A DNA stretch of 63,462 nucleotides, filler included, from an uncultured bacterium (GCA_964371695.1; 10 parts of 10 records of this genome joined end to end with filler, not necessarily neighbours in it); one strand, 5' to 3'. Shown: positions 41,689 to 52,035, counted from the whole stretch's first letter. Notes: generated from the letters alone by a model not told the origin. Program-made: numbers and translations.

Positions 41689-43362
41689 TCAGCTCAGCAG
41701 CCTGTTCAGGCGGTGCAGCAGCACACGGGTGCTCACGGGTTTGCTCACGTAATCCACCCGTGCGCCGGTGACAGACTGGAGGACTTCTTCTTCCTGGCCG
41801 GGGGGAATCAGCAGCAGCAGCTTCAGGCCAAACCGGATGATGGCGGTGCGCAGGTGTTCCAGCAGCGTGGGGCCGTCCAGCCCCGGCACGTCCAGGTCCA
41901 CAATCAGCAGGCGCGGCAGGTTCTCGCTCTTTTCTTCAAAGCGGTCGAACACCTCGCGCTGGCGGGTGAGATGTTCGGTGGAGAATCCCATGCGCTGAAG
42001 GTTGAACAGGATGATCTGGGCCAGCACATCGTCGTCTTCGGCCAGCACCACGTCGGTGGGGCGGTCGCTTTTTTCCAGCCTCATGCAGGGCAACACCCGG
42101 TCTCCCTGGCGCGAGGCCAGGTCCATGGCCTTGATCGCGCCGCTCAGCAGGTCGGGCAGCGTGGCCCCGTCTTCAGGAAAGGTCGCCGTTCCCGCGCTGA
42201 AGGTGGGGTGTGTGTCCTGGCCCAACGAGGGCACGGTGAGCTGTTTGAGGCGGTCCATGAGGCGGGTGACGGTGAGCTGAGCGTCTTTGCGGCTGGTATA
42301 GGGCAGCGCCATGCAAAACGTGCCGCCCGACCACCGGCAGATGAAGTCGTCATCGCGCAGCATGGCCTGCAACAGGCCCGACACCTGCTGCAGCAGATGG
42401 TCCCCCGCCATGTAACCGCCAGAGTGGTTGATGAGCCGCAGCCTGTCGGGCTTGATCATGACCAGGGTGAGCGCCACGTTGCTGCGCCAGGCCCGGCTCA
42501 CGGCGGCGTGGGCGCGCTCCAGAAAGGGATGCCGGTTGAGCGCGCCGGTGAGTGAATCGCGGTCGCGCACAATCAGTTGCAGCCGCTGGGCGCGAAGCTG
42601 GTTTTTGATGCGGGCCAGCAGCAGGGCAGGGGAGGCGGGGCAGGCGAGCAGGTCGTCGGCCCCGGCCTCGAAGAGAGTGGTGAAGTGCTCCTCTTGCGTG
42701 GAGTGGGTGAGCACGATGAGGGGGATTTTGTCGGTGCTGGGGTCGGCGCTGAGGTTGCGGCACAGGTCGGTCAGGTTGTTCCCGGCGGCGGCTTCGTGAA
42801 TCAGCAGCAGGTCGGGGTGCTGCTGGTTGAGTTGTTGCCAAAAGTCGTCTGGGGTAGGTGAGAGGGTCCAGGACAGGCCTGGGCTATCCAGCAGGTTGGG
42901 GGGCAACTGGCTGGTTTCCATCAGGCACAACACACGGCCCTGGGGTGAATGGGTGCGGGCCAGCAGGCCGGTGGCGGTCTCCCAATAATGCGCCGCCGCC
43001 AGGGGCAGGGGCAGCCACATGTCCACTCCCGCCTCCAGGGCGGCAGCGGGGTTTACGGGGTTCAGCATCTGATAGAGCAGAACGACCTCTGGCGGGTCCG
43101 GGGCCAGACTGGCGCGCAGCGCACGGGTCAGGCCAAAGGGGTCTGTCACCGGGTCGTGGGTCTGCAAAAAAACTGCACCTGGCCGGTGCTGTGCGGCAAG
43201 GGTGAGGATTTCTTCTGGCGAGGTGGCGAAAAAAACCGAAAACCCCTCTTCGTGCGAAAGCTGCTCCAGCTTGCCCCGGGGGGCGTCGGTTTGCAGAATC
43301 AGCAACCGGGGCTGTGTGGCCAGGGCTGTTGGGTGATCAGAAGCTGTATCGGTCACCGGCAA
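41689..43362 (-). CDS. Multi-REC protein with degenerate GGDEF domain
   Basis: Degenerate REC domains, RDSLTGALNR, RDDD-FICRW-SGGTF, C-terminal REC. Confidence 0.85.
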   Translation of the reverse strand: MPVTDTASDHPTALATQPRLLILQTDAPRGKLEQLSHEEGFSVFFATSPEEILTLAAQHRPGAVFLQTHDPVTDPFGLTRALRASLAPDPPEVVLLYQMLNPVNPAAALEAGVDMWLPLPLAAAHYWETATGLLARTHSPQGRVLCLMETSQLPPNLLDSPGLSWTLSPTPDDFWQQLNQQHPDLLLIHEAAAGNNLTDLCRNLSADPSTDKIPLIVLTHSTQEEHFTTLFEAGADDLLACPASPALLLARIKNQLRAQRLQLIVRDRDSLTGALNRHPFLERAHAAVSRAWRSNVALTLVMIKPDRLRLINHSGGYMAGDHLLQQVSGLLQAMLRDDDFICRWSGGTFCMALPYTSRKDAQLTVTRLMDRLKQLTVPSLGQDTHPTFSAGTATFPEDGATLPDLLSGAIKAMDLASRQGDRVLPCMRLEKSDRPTDVVLAEDDDVLAQIILFNLQRMGFSTEHLTRQREVFDRFEEKSENLPRLLIVDLDVPGLDGPTLLEHLRTAIIRFGLKLLLLIPPGQEEEVLQSVTGARVDYVSKPVSTRVLLHRLNRLLS

Positions 43363-43424
43363 GGCGATATTCTGCCATCTAAAGGACTACCCGGTTGTAA
43401 AGCCCTGATGCTCGTCCAGTGTCC

Positions 43425-44695
43425 ATGAACAACCATAAACACAGAATCCGGCGCGTGTTGAACGCTCCCCAACCCGTGAAATGGGCGCTGTGGGGTGTGA
43501 TGGGCGTGTGCATCGGGTTTTTTCTGGGCACGCTCACGCTGCTGGGGCCGGTGCGGTGGGCCGTTTCGTTTCTCAGGCAATATCCCTGGGGCCGTCTGTT
43601 TGAAGACGCCGTGGTGATGGTGCATCTCACGCTTTTGGTGGTGGTGTCGTTTGGTGCGGCGGGCGGGTTGAACCGGTTTTTCTGGACCACCCGCAAACCG
43701 GCCAGCCGATGGTTGATGCTGGGGGGCGTGGTGCTGGCTTTTTCCAGCACGTTGAGCCTTTGGCTGAATCCACAAAAAATGCGCCCCGCCGCCGCCCTGG
43801 ACCTGAGCCGCAAAGCATCTGGTTTTGTGTTTGGCCCCTATCCCGATGAGGTTTTGATGCGAAGGTTGAAAAAACAGGGTTACGTCGGTGTGGTGAGTCT
43901 GCTGCATCCGGCGGTGATGCCCTTTGAGCCGGTGCTGATCAGGCAGGAGCGGGCGGCGGCGGCCAGGGTGGGGCTGAAGCTGGTGGAGGCCCCCATGTTG
44001 CCGTGGGTATCCGAAAACGAGGTCTCGGTGGCGAAACTGAGGCGACTCACACGGACCGTGAAGGGGGGGTATTACGTGCATTGTTACCTGGGTCAGGACC
44101 GTGTGCGTCTGGTGCAGCGGTATTTTGACCAGTGGGGCGTGGCCTATGAAGGCAGTCAGGAAACCCGCCGCCAGACCCTGGCCAACTGGAAGAGTTTTGA
44201 GCGCGGCCCCATCCTGCGCCTGGGTGAGGAGGTGTTCCTGGGGCCCTATCCCACCGATGAAGAGTTCATGACGTTCATTGTGAACGGCGGCGTGAAACAC
44301 GTGGTGTCGTTCATGGCGGTGGACTCGGAAAAAAACCGTGCGCTGGCCCAAAAAGAAAAGGAACGGGCCAGGCAGTTTGGCCTGTCTTATGTCCATTGGC
44401 CGCTGGAGGAAAAACCTTTCGACCCCCGCTTGGTGTTGCAAAAAGCCCGCGAAGTGCGGCGGCTGCGGGGCATGGTGTTTGTTCACCGGTTTTTTGCCAA
44501 AGGGCCGCTGGTGGAGGGTTTCGCTTTGGCATTCAAAAGCGACAAACCACCCCTGCCGCCCACTCTGTGGCGGCATCACTTTGAGCGGGGGGCGGTGACG
44601 CTGGCGGGGCCGCACATTGCCGTGGGGCCTCGGCCCATCCCGGCGGAACTCACCGGCTCGCTGCCGCGTCGGGGCGTGCGGCGGGTGCTTTATCT
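43425..44695 (+). CDS. Membrane protein with tandem tyrosine/dual-specificity phosphatase-like domains, truncated
   Basis: Three TMs; FGPYP / LGPYP / VGPRP repeats; HCYLGQDR. Confidence 0.7.
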
Positions 44696-44864
44696 NNNNN
44701 NNNNNNNNNNNNNNNNNNNNNNNNNNNNNNNNNNNNNNNTTAATTAATTAANNNNNNNNNNNNNNNNNNNNNNNNNNNNNNNNNNNNNNNNNNNNACTTG
44801 ATGCAAAGTTGAACCCCCATGAATGCCCAGGGGATTTCCACTTTTTTTATTTGATTTGTAAAAT

Positions 44865-46310
44865 TCATGGTTGATGGTTTGACGGAGGCTGTCCCTCGGC
44901 AGCGGCGGCGAATTTTTCCGGATTTGCCGAAAAATGGACGGGCCGGAGCGCGGACATCAGAAGCGCTACGCCACAGGGTGCCAGGGCAGACAACACCCCC
45001 AGATAACGCGCCTCAATGTTGATGAGACTGTGGGTAAACATCATGCCACCCCCAAGCAACACCCACCACAACACCGCACCCGCCACGGTTTGTGGCAAAG
45101 GACCTCTGGCCATAAAACCCATTGACCCGAAGACGAGTCCCCCAACCAGAAAGCACCCCAACAACACCATCGACAACACAAAAAACAACATCGGCCCCAA
45201 CCAGAATGCCAGGCTGCCCCTGGGAATCGGGGCCTGGGGCTGCCCCCGGTCACTCAGAATTTTTCCCTGCACATGACGGACCCCTTGCCAGAGGTTGAGC
45301 AACAGCCCAGAGGAATAGGCGAGGTTCACCGCCGAATATCGGGCATACCCCAGGGGATTGGCCGCCAACGACCGCTTGAATTTTTTCGTCACCAAGCCGT
45401 TGATTTCAAGGGCGGTCAGGCCGTATTTCTCATGGACTTCCCTAAGCGCCACCATCACTTCGGGATAAGTCCGTTGCTGGATACGCCGACGCGCCACCTC
45501 ATCCAGCGGCGTGTTCTGATCAAAGGGGGTTTTCCCAATCAGCATGATGGGCTGCATCAGGGCAGTGGCCGGACCAAGGGTGAGGAAAGCTGTGCCGGTG
45601 CGGTGGCGGTTCCACAGTTGCAGCGTCGTCACCACCAGCAGCGGGGGCAGCATGAAAACCACCATTTTTTTCAGACTGCTGCGACCAACCCCTTCCACAA
45701 AAAAATAACCCGCCGCGACAAAGGGCATAAAAACCCAGGCCGTCTCGCGCAGCAAAAGTGCAAGGGCATAAACAACCCCGGCCAGCACCGCTTTGAACAG
45801 GCCATTGTTTTCAGGCTTTCCAGGCCACGACAATCCCAACAGCACCAGCAGCATCAGGTTGTTGTAAAGGCTGTCGGTCAAAAGTGTCAAGTCCATGAGC
45901 GGCCGCACGCTCAACGCCTGCCAGGCCACCGCCCCCAGCGCCAGCCAGCGGCACACCCCCATCTTCAGCAAAAACACCAGCAGCACACCACTCATCAACA
46001 CGGAAAAAAGCGACTGCGCAAAAACTAAAGCTGTGTCCCAAAACTGGGGAACCATCATTTGAAACGCGGCCACCACCAGCGGATAACCGGGCATGCGCCA
46101 AATGGACACCGGCAGAAATTCACGGTGAAGATCCAGGGCCCCCAGCCATTCCGAGGAAGCCGTGATTTGCTGCGCGTAACGCAGATAACCCTCTGTATCC
46201 GGGAACCGCATGGGACCACCCCACACCAGCAACACCAGTTTGAAGACCAGATGAACCGCCATAAAAACCCACAGCAACGAAAACTCTTTTTTGTGTAAGG
46301 CAAGTTTCAT
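44865..46310 (-). CDS. GT-C (ArnT/PMT-like) membrane glycosyltransferase
   Basis: PDTEGY, RMPGYP, LLTDSL, EARY; many TMs. Confidence 0.7.
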   Translation of the reverse strand: MKLALHKKEFSLLWVFMAVHLVFKLVLLVWGGPMRFPDTEGYLRYAQQITASSEWLGALDLHREFLPVSIWRMPGYPLVVAAFQMMVPQFWDTALVFAQSLFSVLMSGVLLVFLLKMGVCRWLALGAVAWQALSVRPLMDLTLLTDSLYNNLMLLVLLGLSWPGKPENNGLFKAVLAGVVYALALLLRETAWVFMPFVAAGYFFVEGVGRSSLKKMVVFMLPPLLVVTTLQLWNRHRTGTAFLTLGPATALMQPIMLIGKTPFDQNTPLDEVARRRIQQRTYPEVMVALREVHEKYGLTALEINGLVTKKFKRSLAANPLGYARYSAVNLAYSSGLLLNLWQGVRHVQGKILSDRGQPQAPIPRGSLAFWLGPMLFFVLSMVLLGCFLVGGLVFGSMGFMARGPLPQTVAGAVLWWVLLGGGMMFTHSLINIEARYLGVLSALAPCGVALLMSALRPVHFSANPEKFAAAAEGQPPSNHQP

Positions 46311-46855
46311 GGCTGGGCTTTTTTTCGGATGAACTGTTTCAACAGGATTGACAGGTCTGAATCAGGTGCGGCAAGCGACAGAGGCGTATTGCCCTTGTCA
46401 TCCACGGCAACCGGGTTTGCGCCGTGCGCCAGCAGCAATTTCACCAACGGCGCACTGGCACCCCTCACCGCCGTGTGCAGGGGTGTTTCACCCGACTCCA
46501 GCTTTGTGTTGACCCGGGCGCCTTTCCTCAAAAGCCGCGTAACCACTGACATATCCCAATAGGCAACCGCAAGATGCAGCGGCGTCGCCCCTCCCCGCCC
46601 GCGCACATTGACCCGCGCTCCTTTTTTAAGCAGCAGCCCCAGGGCTTTGGGGCGCTGTTGCCGCACGGCCCAGTGCAGTGCTGTCCACCCCTGATTGTCA
46701 GAACCGTTGACCTTCGCTCCTTGACGAAAAGCCCGCTGCATGGCGGCAACATCATCCACCTGCACCGCCTGAATCAAGAGATGCTGCGCCGGTGAAGTCG
46801 CACAACCCGTCAGACAGAATAAGCCAAGCATCACCCCAAAAAAGCACCGATACAC
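46307..46855 (-). CDS. Ankyrin-repeat lipoprotein
   Basis: Lipobox LTGC; GWTALHWA, GATPLHLA, GETPLHTA, GNTPL. Confidence 0.9.
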   Translation of the reverse strand: MYRCFFGVMLGLFCLTGCATSPAQHLLIQAVQVDDVAAMQRAFRQGAKVNGSDNQGWTALHWAVRQQRPKALGLLLKKGARVNVRGRGGATPLHLAVAYWDMSVVTRLLRKGARVNTKLESGETPLHTAVRGASAPLVKLLLAHGANPVAVDDKGNTPLSLAAPDSDLSILLKQFIRKKAQP

Positions 46856-46926
46856 TGGCCTATGGTATAGTCTGCCCCTCATGAGTCAAACTGGGGCACA
46901 CCAGCTTGCCATGGGGTGATCGCAAC

Positions 46927-47946
46927 ATGTCTGACGTTCCTTTACCACTATCTGTTGGCTTTGCTTCGCCGCCGCCTTTGGCAGGGCAGCTTGCCACCAT
47001 CGACAGCACGCTGCTGGCCGAACTGGCCTGCCCCCTCACCGGCGAGCCGCTGCACCTGCATGACGGCTTTCTGAAAAACGCCTCTGGCACCCAGCGCTAC
47101 GCCATTGATGAACTGGGCATTCCCCTGTTTGCCCAGGCGGCGGTTTCAGCGGCGGGCAAGGTGCAGCAAAACCATTACGACCGCATCGCGGCGGCTTATT
47201 CCGAAAACCTCACCTATCCCCACACACAGGAATACATGATCTATCTGGACAACGCCCTGCGCCAGGTGGTGGCCGACCGCCCCCTGGGCGAAGTGGCGGA
47301 AATCTGCTGCGGCCTGGGCGAGGCCATGCGCCTGTTCAAACACCGCGTGACCCATGGCGTGGGCGTGGACATTTCGCTGGCCATGCTGCACCGCTGCCAA
47401 AAAGAACACCCCGGCGGCGAATTTCATCTGGTGCAGGCCGACGCCACGCTCCTGCCCATTAAGCCCGGCCAGTTCGACACCGTGTTCATGCTGGGCGGCA
47501 TTCACCACGTGATGGATCGGGAAAAACTTTTCGCCGAGGTGCGCCGCGTTCTCAAACCCGGTGGTTTGTTCATCTTTCGTGAGCCGGTGAGCGACTTCTG
47601 GCCCTGGCGCGCCATCCGCGCCGTGGTCTACCGTTTCTCCAGCCTGCTGGACGCCGACACCGAACGCCCCCTGCTGTGGTCCGAAACCGTTCCCCCGCTT
47701 GAAAAAGCCGGTTTCGAGGTGACCCACTGGTCCACCCACGGCCTGCTGGGTTTCATGGTTTTCATGAACAGCGACATTCTGGTGTTCAACCGGCTGTTTC
47801 GTTTTCTGCCGGGCATCCGCGCCCTCACGCGTCTGGCCACCCGGCTGGACGCCCTGATGCTGAAACTGCCCGGCATGGGCCGCAAGGGCCTTCAGGTCAT
47901 TGGCGTGGCGAAAGCAAAAACATCTCCCGATGCGGGAAGCAGGTAA
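46927..47946 (+). CDS. Class I SAM-dependent methyltransferase with Trm112-like N-terminus
   Basis: LACPLTG, EICCGLG, GVDISLAM, RVLKPGG. Confidence 0.85.
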   Translation: MSDVPLPLSVGFASPPPLAGQLATIDSTLLAELACPLTGEPLHLHDGFLKNASGTQRYAIDELGIPLFAQAAVSAAGKVQQNHYDRIAAAYSENLTYPHTQEYMIYLDNALRQVVADRPLGEVAEICCGLGEAMRLFKHRVTHGVGVDISLAMLHRCQKEHPGGEFHLVQADATLLPIKPGQFDTVFMLGGIHHVMDREKLFAEVRRVLKPGGLFIFREPVSDFWPWRAIRAVVYRFSSLLDADTERPLLWSETVPPLEKAGFEVTHWSTHGLLGFMVFMNSDILVFNRLFRFLPGIRALTRLATRLDALMLKLPGMGRKGLQVIGVAKAKTSPDAGSR

Positions 47947-47952
47947 TCCGCC

Positions 47953-48921
47953 ATGCCCCACCTGAGCCTTGTGATTCCCGTTTACAACGAAGAGCCCAAC
48001 CTGCCGCCCCTGCTTTCGGAAATCCGCGAGGCTTTGGCCCAGGACGATTACGAAGTGATTTTTGTGAACGATGGCAGCCGCGACGGCAGCGCCCGACTGC
48101 TGGAGGAAATGGCCGCAGACGATGAACGGGTGAAGGTGATCCAGTTCCGCCGCAACTTTGGCCAGACCGCCGCCATGCAGGCGGGACTGGATCACGCCAG
48201 CGGCGAAGTCATTGTGACACTGGACGCAGACCGCCAGAATCCCCCTTCTGAAATTCCCAAGCTGGTCGCCGCCCTCACCGAGGACGTAGACATGGTGGCC
48301 GGTTACCGCGAAAAACGGCACGACGAAATCAAGCGCGTGCTCATCAGCCGCATCGCCAACGGCCTCATCAGCCGCGTCACCGGCGTGCGCATCCGCGACA
48401 ACGGCTGCACGCTCAAGGCGTTTCGGTCGTGGTGCGTGAAAGACCTGCGCCTGTTTGGCGAAATGCACCGCTTTATACCGGCCCATGTTCACTGGATGGG
48501 CGGGCGCATTGTGGAAACCCCCGTGGCCCACCGCCCCCGCGTGGCGGGCAAAAGCAAATACGGCTGGAGCCGCATTCTCAAGGTGATGCTGGACCTGCTG
48601 ACCGTGGCTTTTTTTCAGGGCTACGCCACCAAACCGGCCTATCTGTTTGGCGGCATGGGCCTGATGTTTCTGCTGGGCGGTTTCGCCCTGAGCGCCATCA
48701 CGCTTTACCAAAAATATGTGATGAACTTTTTTGTACACAAAAACCCGCTCTTTGGCGTGGCGTCGCTGTTTTTTGTGGGGGGCCTGCAGTTGCTGATGAT
48801 GGGCCTGATGGGCGAGGTGCTCATGCGCACCTACTACCACTCCGGCAACCGCAATATCTACAAGGTGCGCCGCACGGTGAATCTGAAAGACTCATTCACT
48901 ACCAAAAAAAATACCGACTGA
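47953..48921 (+). CDS. Polyprenol-phosphate glycosyltransferase (GtrB/ArnC-like GT2)
   Basis: IPVYNEE, NDGSRD, RNFGQTAA, LDADRQN, EMHRFIP; two C-terminal TMs. Confidence 0.92.
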   Translation: MPHLSLVIPVYNEEPNLPPLLSEIREALAQDDYEVIFVNDGSRDGSARLLEEMAADDERVKVIQFRRNFGQTAAMQAGLDHASGEVIVTLDADRQNPPSEIPKLVAALTEDVDMVAGYREKRHDEIKRVLISRIANGLISRVTGVRIRDNGCTLKAFRSWCVKDLRLFGEMHRFIPAHVHWMGGRIVETPVAHRPRVAGKSKYGWSRILKVMLDLLTVAFFQGYATKPAYLFGGMGLMFLLGGFALSAITLYQKYVMNFFVHKNPLFGVASLFFVGGLQLLMMGLMGEVLMRTYYHSGNRNIYKVRRTVNLKDSFTTKKNTD

Positions 48922-48924
48922 CTT

Positions 48925-49644
48925 TCAAAAAAGCTTCTGCACCGCCGCGTGACCTTTTTCCTGCGCCAAGTCACGGGCGGTCTGGCCCTTGCCGTTGGTG
49001 AGGTTTTTGTCTGCCCCGCCCTTCAGCAAGGCTTTCACCACTTCCGCCCGGCCTTCCATCGCCGCCGTGTGCAATGGCGTGTTTTCTATCGCGCCCTTGA
49101 AATTGGGATTCGCCCCTGCCTTCAGCAGCAGCGTGGCAGCCTCGCCGGATTTTGCGAAAAACAGCGGTGTGGCCCCCAGGGGGCCTTTTTCATTCACCGG
49201 CGGCTTGGTCTTGAGCAAGGCTTTTAACGCCTTCAGATCATTGAGCGCCGCCGCGCTGAACAGGTCCAGCTTCGCCCCGTTTTTCAGCAGCAGGTCCACA
49301 AACGCCTGCTTGTTGAAATACACCGCCCAGTGCAGGGCCACTGTGCCGCCCACGGCTTTCTGGTTGGGGTCCGCGCCTGCTTTCAGCAGCGCCTGGGCCA
49401 CGGCGGGACTGGCCTGATTCACCGCCATCATCAAGGCCGTCTGACCCAGCTTGTCTTTGGCGTTTGGGTCTGCGCCTTCGGTCAGGCGTTGCGTCACGCG
49501 CTCAGCGTTGTCCATGCTCACGGCCAGCAGCAAAAACGCGTTGGCGTCGGCCTGTTCCTGCTCAGTAAGCGCCCCTGCGGGCAGACTCAGACTCAGACAC
49601 AACAACACAAGCCGGTTCAGTTTTTTGAAATGGAATGGACGCAT
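48925..49644 (-). CDS. Secreted ankyrin-repeat protein
   Basis: Signal peptide; GQTALMMA, GATPL, NTPLHTAA. Confidence 0.9.
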   Translation of the reverse strand: MRPFHFKKLNRLVLLCLSLSLPAGALTEQEQADANAFLLLAVSMDNAERVTQRLTEGADPNAKDKLGQTALMMAVNQASPAVAQALLKAGADPNQKAVGGTVALHWAVYFNKQAFVDLLLKNGAKLDLFSAAALNDLKALKALLKTKPPVNEKGPLGATPLFFAKSGEAATLLLKAGANPNFKGAIENTPLHTAAMEGRAEVVKALLKGGADKNLTNGKGQTARDLAQEKGHAAVQKLF

Positions 49645-49676
49645 CCGTGCAGTTTATCAGCGGTTAAACTGCCGCC

Positions 49677-49943
49677 ATGCAGATGCCCATTTTGATGGAG
49701 GGTCACAGCCGCCTGCTGGCCTCGGCCCATGGCCTGGACGTGTATTACCGCCTGTTTTACGGCACCGTGAAATATCCCAGCGAGCAACGCATTGCCCTGG
49801 TGGTGATGCTGCAACAGGGCGGCACGGAAAACTTTGAAGAAGCCCTGGCCAAAGGGGAAGTTCTCACCACACAACCCGCCGTGGTTCTGGATGAAGACCT
49901 GAGCGATGTGCTGGCAGCCATCGAGGAAATAAAACAGGCATAA
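49677..49943 (+). CDS. Hypothetical 88-aa protein
   Basis: TAAACT-N6-ATG; fills the gap before the FkbM gene. Confidence 0.6.
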   Translation: MQMPILMEGHSRLLASAHGLDVYYRLFYGTVKYPSEQRIALVVMLQQGGTENFEEALAKGEVLTTQPAVVLDEDLSDVLAAIEEIKQA

Positions 49944-49950
49944 TCGCACC

Positions 49951-50862
49951 ATGTCGCACACCGCAGATTGGGCCTTGGCCATGGAGGCGATTTTTGAAAA
50001 AAGCGCCCCGCCCCGTGGCGGCCTGGCCCGCTTTTGGTGGCGGGCGCAAAAATCTCTGGCCAAACGCAGACTGGCGCGGAAACTGGAAAAAGCCGGAGAC
50101 ACGCCCATTCCCTTCACGTCGCCCATCGGTTTCAAGTTCGCCGCATGGCCAAGCGGCATGATGGACCGGGCCGTGTTGCGCGAAGGCGCGTGGGAACCCG
50201 CCACGGCGCGGCATTTCCCCCGATTGATCCGCCCCGGCGACACGGTGCTGGACGTGGGCGCGAACATCGGCCTGTTCAGCATTCTCTTTTCCAACCTGAC
50301 GGGGCCAGCGGGCACGGTGCATGCCTTTGAACCCATGGCCGGAGCCTTTGAACGGTTGAAGATGCTGCACGCCCTGAACACACCGGGGTTTTGCTGCGGC
50401 AACACCACTTTTCACGGCATGGGCCTGAGCGACAAAGAAGGTGAAATGGAAGTGGCTTTTGAACATGCCTTCAGTGCCGACATGCAGGAACGCCAGCACG
50501 TGGTCAGCGAACACGTGTTCATCACCACACTGGACGCCTTTGTGGAAAAGGAAAATCTGACCCGCCTGGATTTTTTGAAAGTGGACGTGGACGGCTGGGA
50601 CACGCAGGTGTTTCGAGGCGGCCTGAAAACCCTGGCGGATTTTCGCCCGCGTCTGATGGCGGAGTTCTGCTTTAACGAAAACCCGGAAACCGCAGAAATG
50701 TTCGCCCTGCTCAAGGAACTTGAATACCGGTTTTACTGGCCCTATGACCAGCGGGAGATTGTGAACTTTTCTGATCTGGAAAACCTGCTGGCCCCCAAAA
50801 GCTGGCGCGCCACCAACCTGATTGGCCTGCCGTCCGGCGACAAACCGTTGTCTGCGGTGTGA
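49951..50862 (+). CDS. FkbM family methyltransferase
   Basis: LDVGANIG, AFEP, TTLD, FLKVDVDG. Confidence 0.9.
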   Translation: MSHTADWALAMEAIFEKSAPPRGGLARFWWRAQKSLAKRRLARKLEKAGDTPIPFTSPIGFKFAAWPSGMMDRAVLREGAWEPATARHFPRLIRPGDTVLDVGANIGLFSILFSNLTGPAGTVHAFEPMAGAFERLKMLHALNTPGFCCGNTTFHGMGLSDKEGEMEVAFEHAFSADMQERQHVVSEHVFITTLDAFVEKENLTRLDFLKVDVDGWDTQVFRGGLKTLADFRPRLMAEFCFNENPETAEMFALLKELEYRFYWPYDQREIVNFSDLENLLAPKSWRATNLIGLPSGDKPLSAV

Positions 50863-50911
50863 TTAGAGCATTTTCAGAGTAGACGTGGACGTAATAAGAG
50901 CTTTTTTTCTT

Positions 50912-50958
50912 GCCCTCTCCCTCAGGGAGAGGGCAGCCGAAGGTTGAGCGAAGCGAAA
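50912..50958. repeat. Family D repeat at contig end
   Basis: GCCCTCTCCCTCAGGGAGAGGGCAGCCG matches 63157. Confidence 0.75.
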
Positions 50959-51058
50959 NNNNNNNNNNNNNNNNNNNNNNNNNNNNNNNNNNNNNNNNNN
51001 NNTTAATTAATTAANNNNNNNNNNNNNNNNNNNNNNNNNNNNNNNNNNNNNNNNNNNN

Positions 51059-51459
51059 ACCTTGCTCAGATCCTCTTCGCTTTCCACCGGCGTGATGAAC
51101 CCGCCATCCACCGAGTTGCGGTAAAAAATGCGGGCATAACTGGGCGCCACCACACACAACGCCCCTGCCTCTCGCAGACAAAAGGGCGCGTGCTCGCGGC
51201 TGGAGCCACACCCAAAATTGTTGCCCGCCACGATCACGGCAAACTCGGTGTGAGACTGACCCGGGGCTACAAAAGGCACACCCCCCTGGGGCAGACCGCT
51301 TTGGGCCGGGGGCACGCCGCACAGGGCGTTTTGGGCATAGAGCTTGCGTTCTTCAGGGTTTTCCATGCTGTACACCAGATGGCTGGCCGGAATGATCTGG
51401 TCGGTGTCTATGTTCTCACCCAGCACAAACGCCTTGCCCGTGATTTGTGTCTGAAACAT
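51059..51459 (-). CDS. leuD: 3-isopropylmalate dehydratase small subunit, truncated
   Basis: NIDTDQIIP, NFGCGSSREHA, YARIFYRN. Confidence 0.9.
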
Positions 51460-51869
51460 CAGTGGTCCCCTTCCATGGGTTGAGCGAACTCCATGAGCAC
51501 GCCGCCGGTGTGTTTGGGATGCAGAAAGTTGATGAGGCAGTTGTGCGCCCCCGGCTTGCCCGCCTCATAAAGGGGCGGCGTGTTTTTGTCCCGCAGCTCG
51601 GCCTCCATGGCCTTCAGGTCATCCACCTCAAAAGCCAGGTGGTGCAAACCGGGGCCGCGTTTTTCCAGATGTTTGGCGATGGGAGAATCGTCATTCAGCG
51701 GCTCCAGCAGTTCCACCGGCAGATTGCCGATCTGCACAAAAGCCACACGCACGCCTTCGCGCTCGTTCACCTCGGTGTGTACCGGCTCGGTGCTGAGGGA
51801 CTGGTAAAACGGCAGGGCCTCTTCAAGACTTTTGACGGCAATGGCCACGTGGGCGACTCGTTTGATCAT
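51459..51869 (-). CDS. mce: Methylmalonyl-CoA epimerase
   Basis: HVAIAV, ELLEP, GPGLHHLAFEV, FLHPKHTGGVLME. Confidence 0.9.
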   Translation of the reverse strand: MIKRVAHVAIAVKSLEEALPFYQSLSTEPVHTEVNEREGVRVAFVQIGNLPVELLEPLNDDSPIAKHLEKRGPGLHHLAFEVDDLKAMEAELRDKNTPPLYEAGKPGAHNCLINFLHPKHTGGVLMEFAQPMEGDH

Positions 51870-51915
51870 GCCCGCACTATAAAAGCCGGGCTACAGCAGC
51901 ACAACGGACGGCCGC

Positions 51916-52025
51916 TTAATGGTTCATTCGACTCAAAATGAGTAGCAACGATGTCCCCATCGCTGCTGAAACAGTGCGGTGGGGACACCGCACCTACTCC
52001 TCATTTTTAAACAAATGAACCATTA
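51916..52025. repeat. GTAG REP doublet (family B) inside outer inverted repeats
   Basis: TAATGGTTCATT..GAGTAGCAACGATGTCCCCATCGCTG..GCGGTGGGGACACCGCACCTACTC..AATGAACCATTA. Confidence 0.75.
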
Positions 52026-52035
52026 GCAGCTTTGT

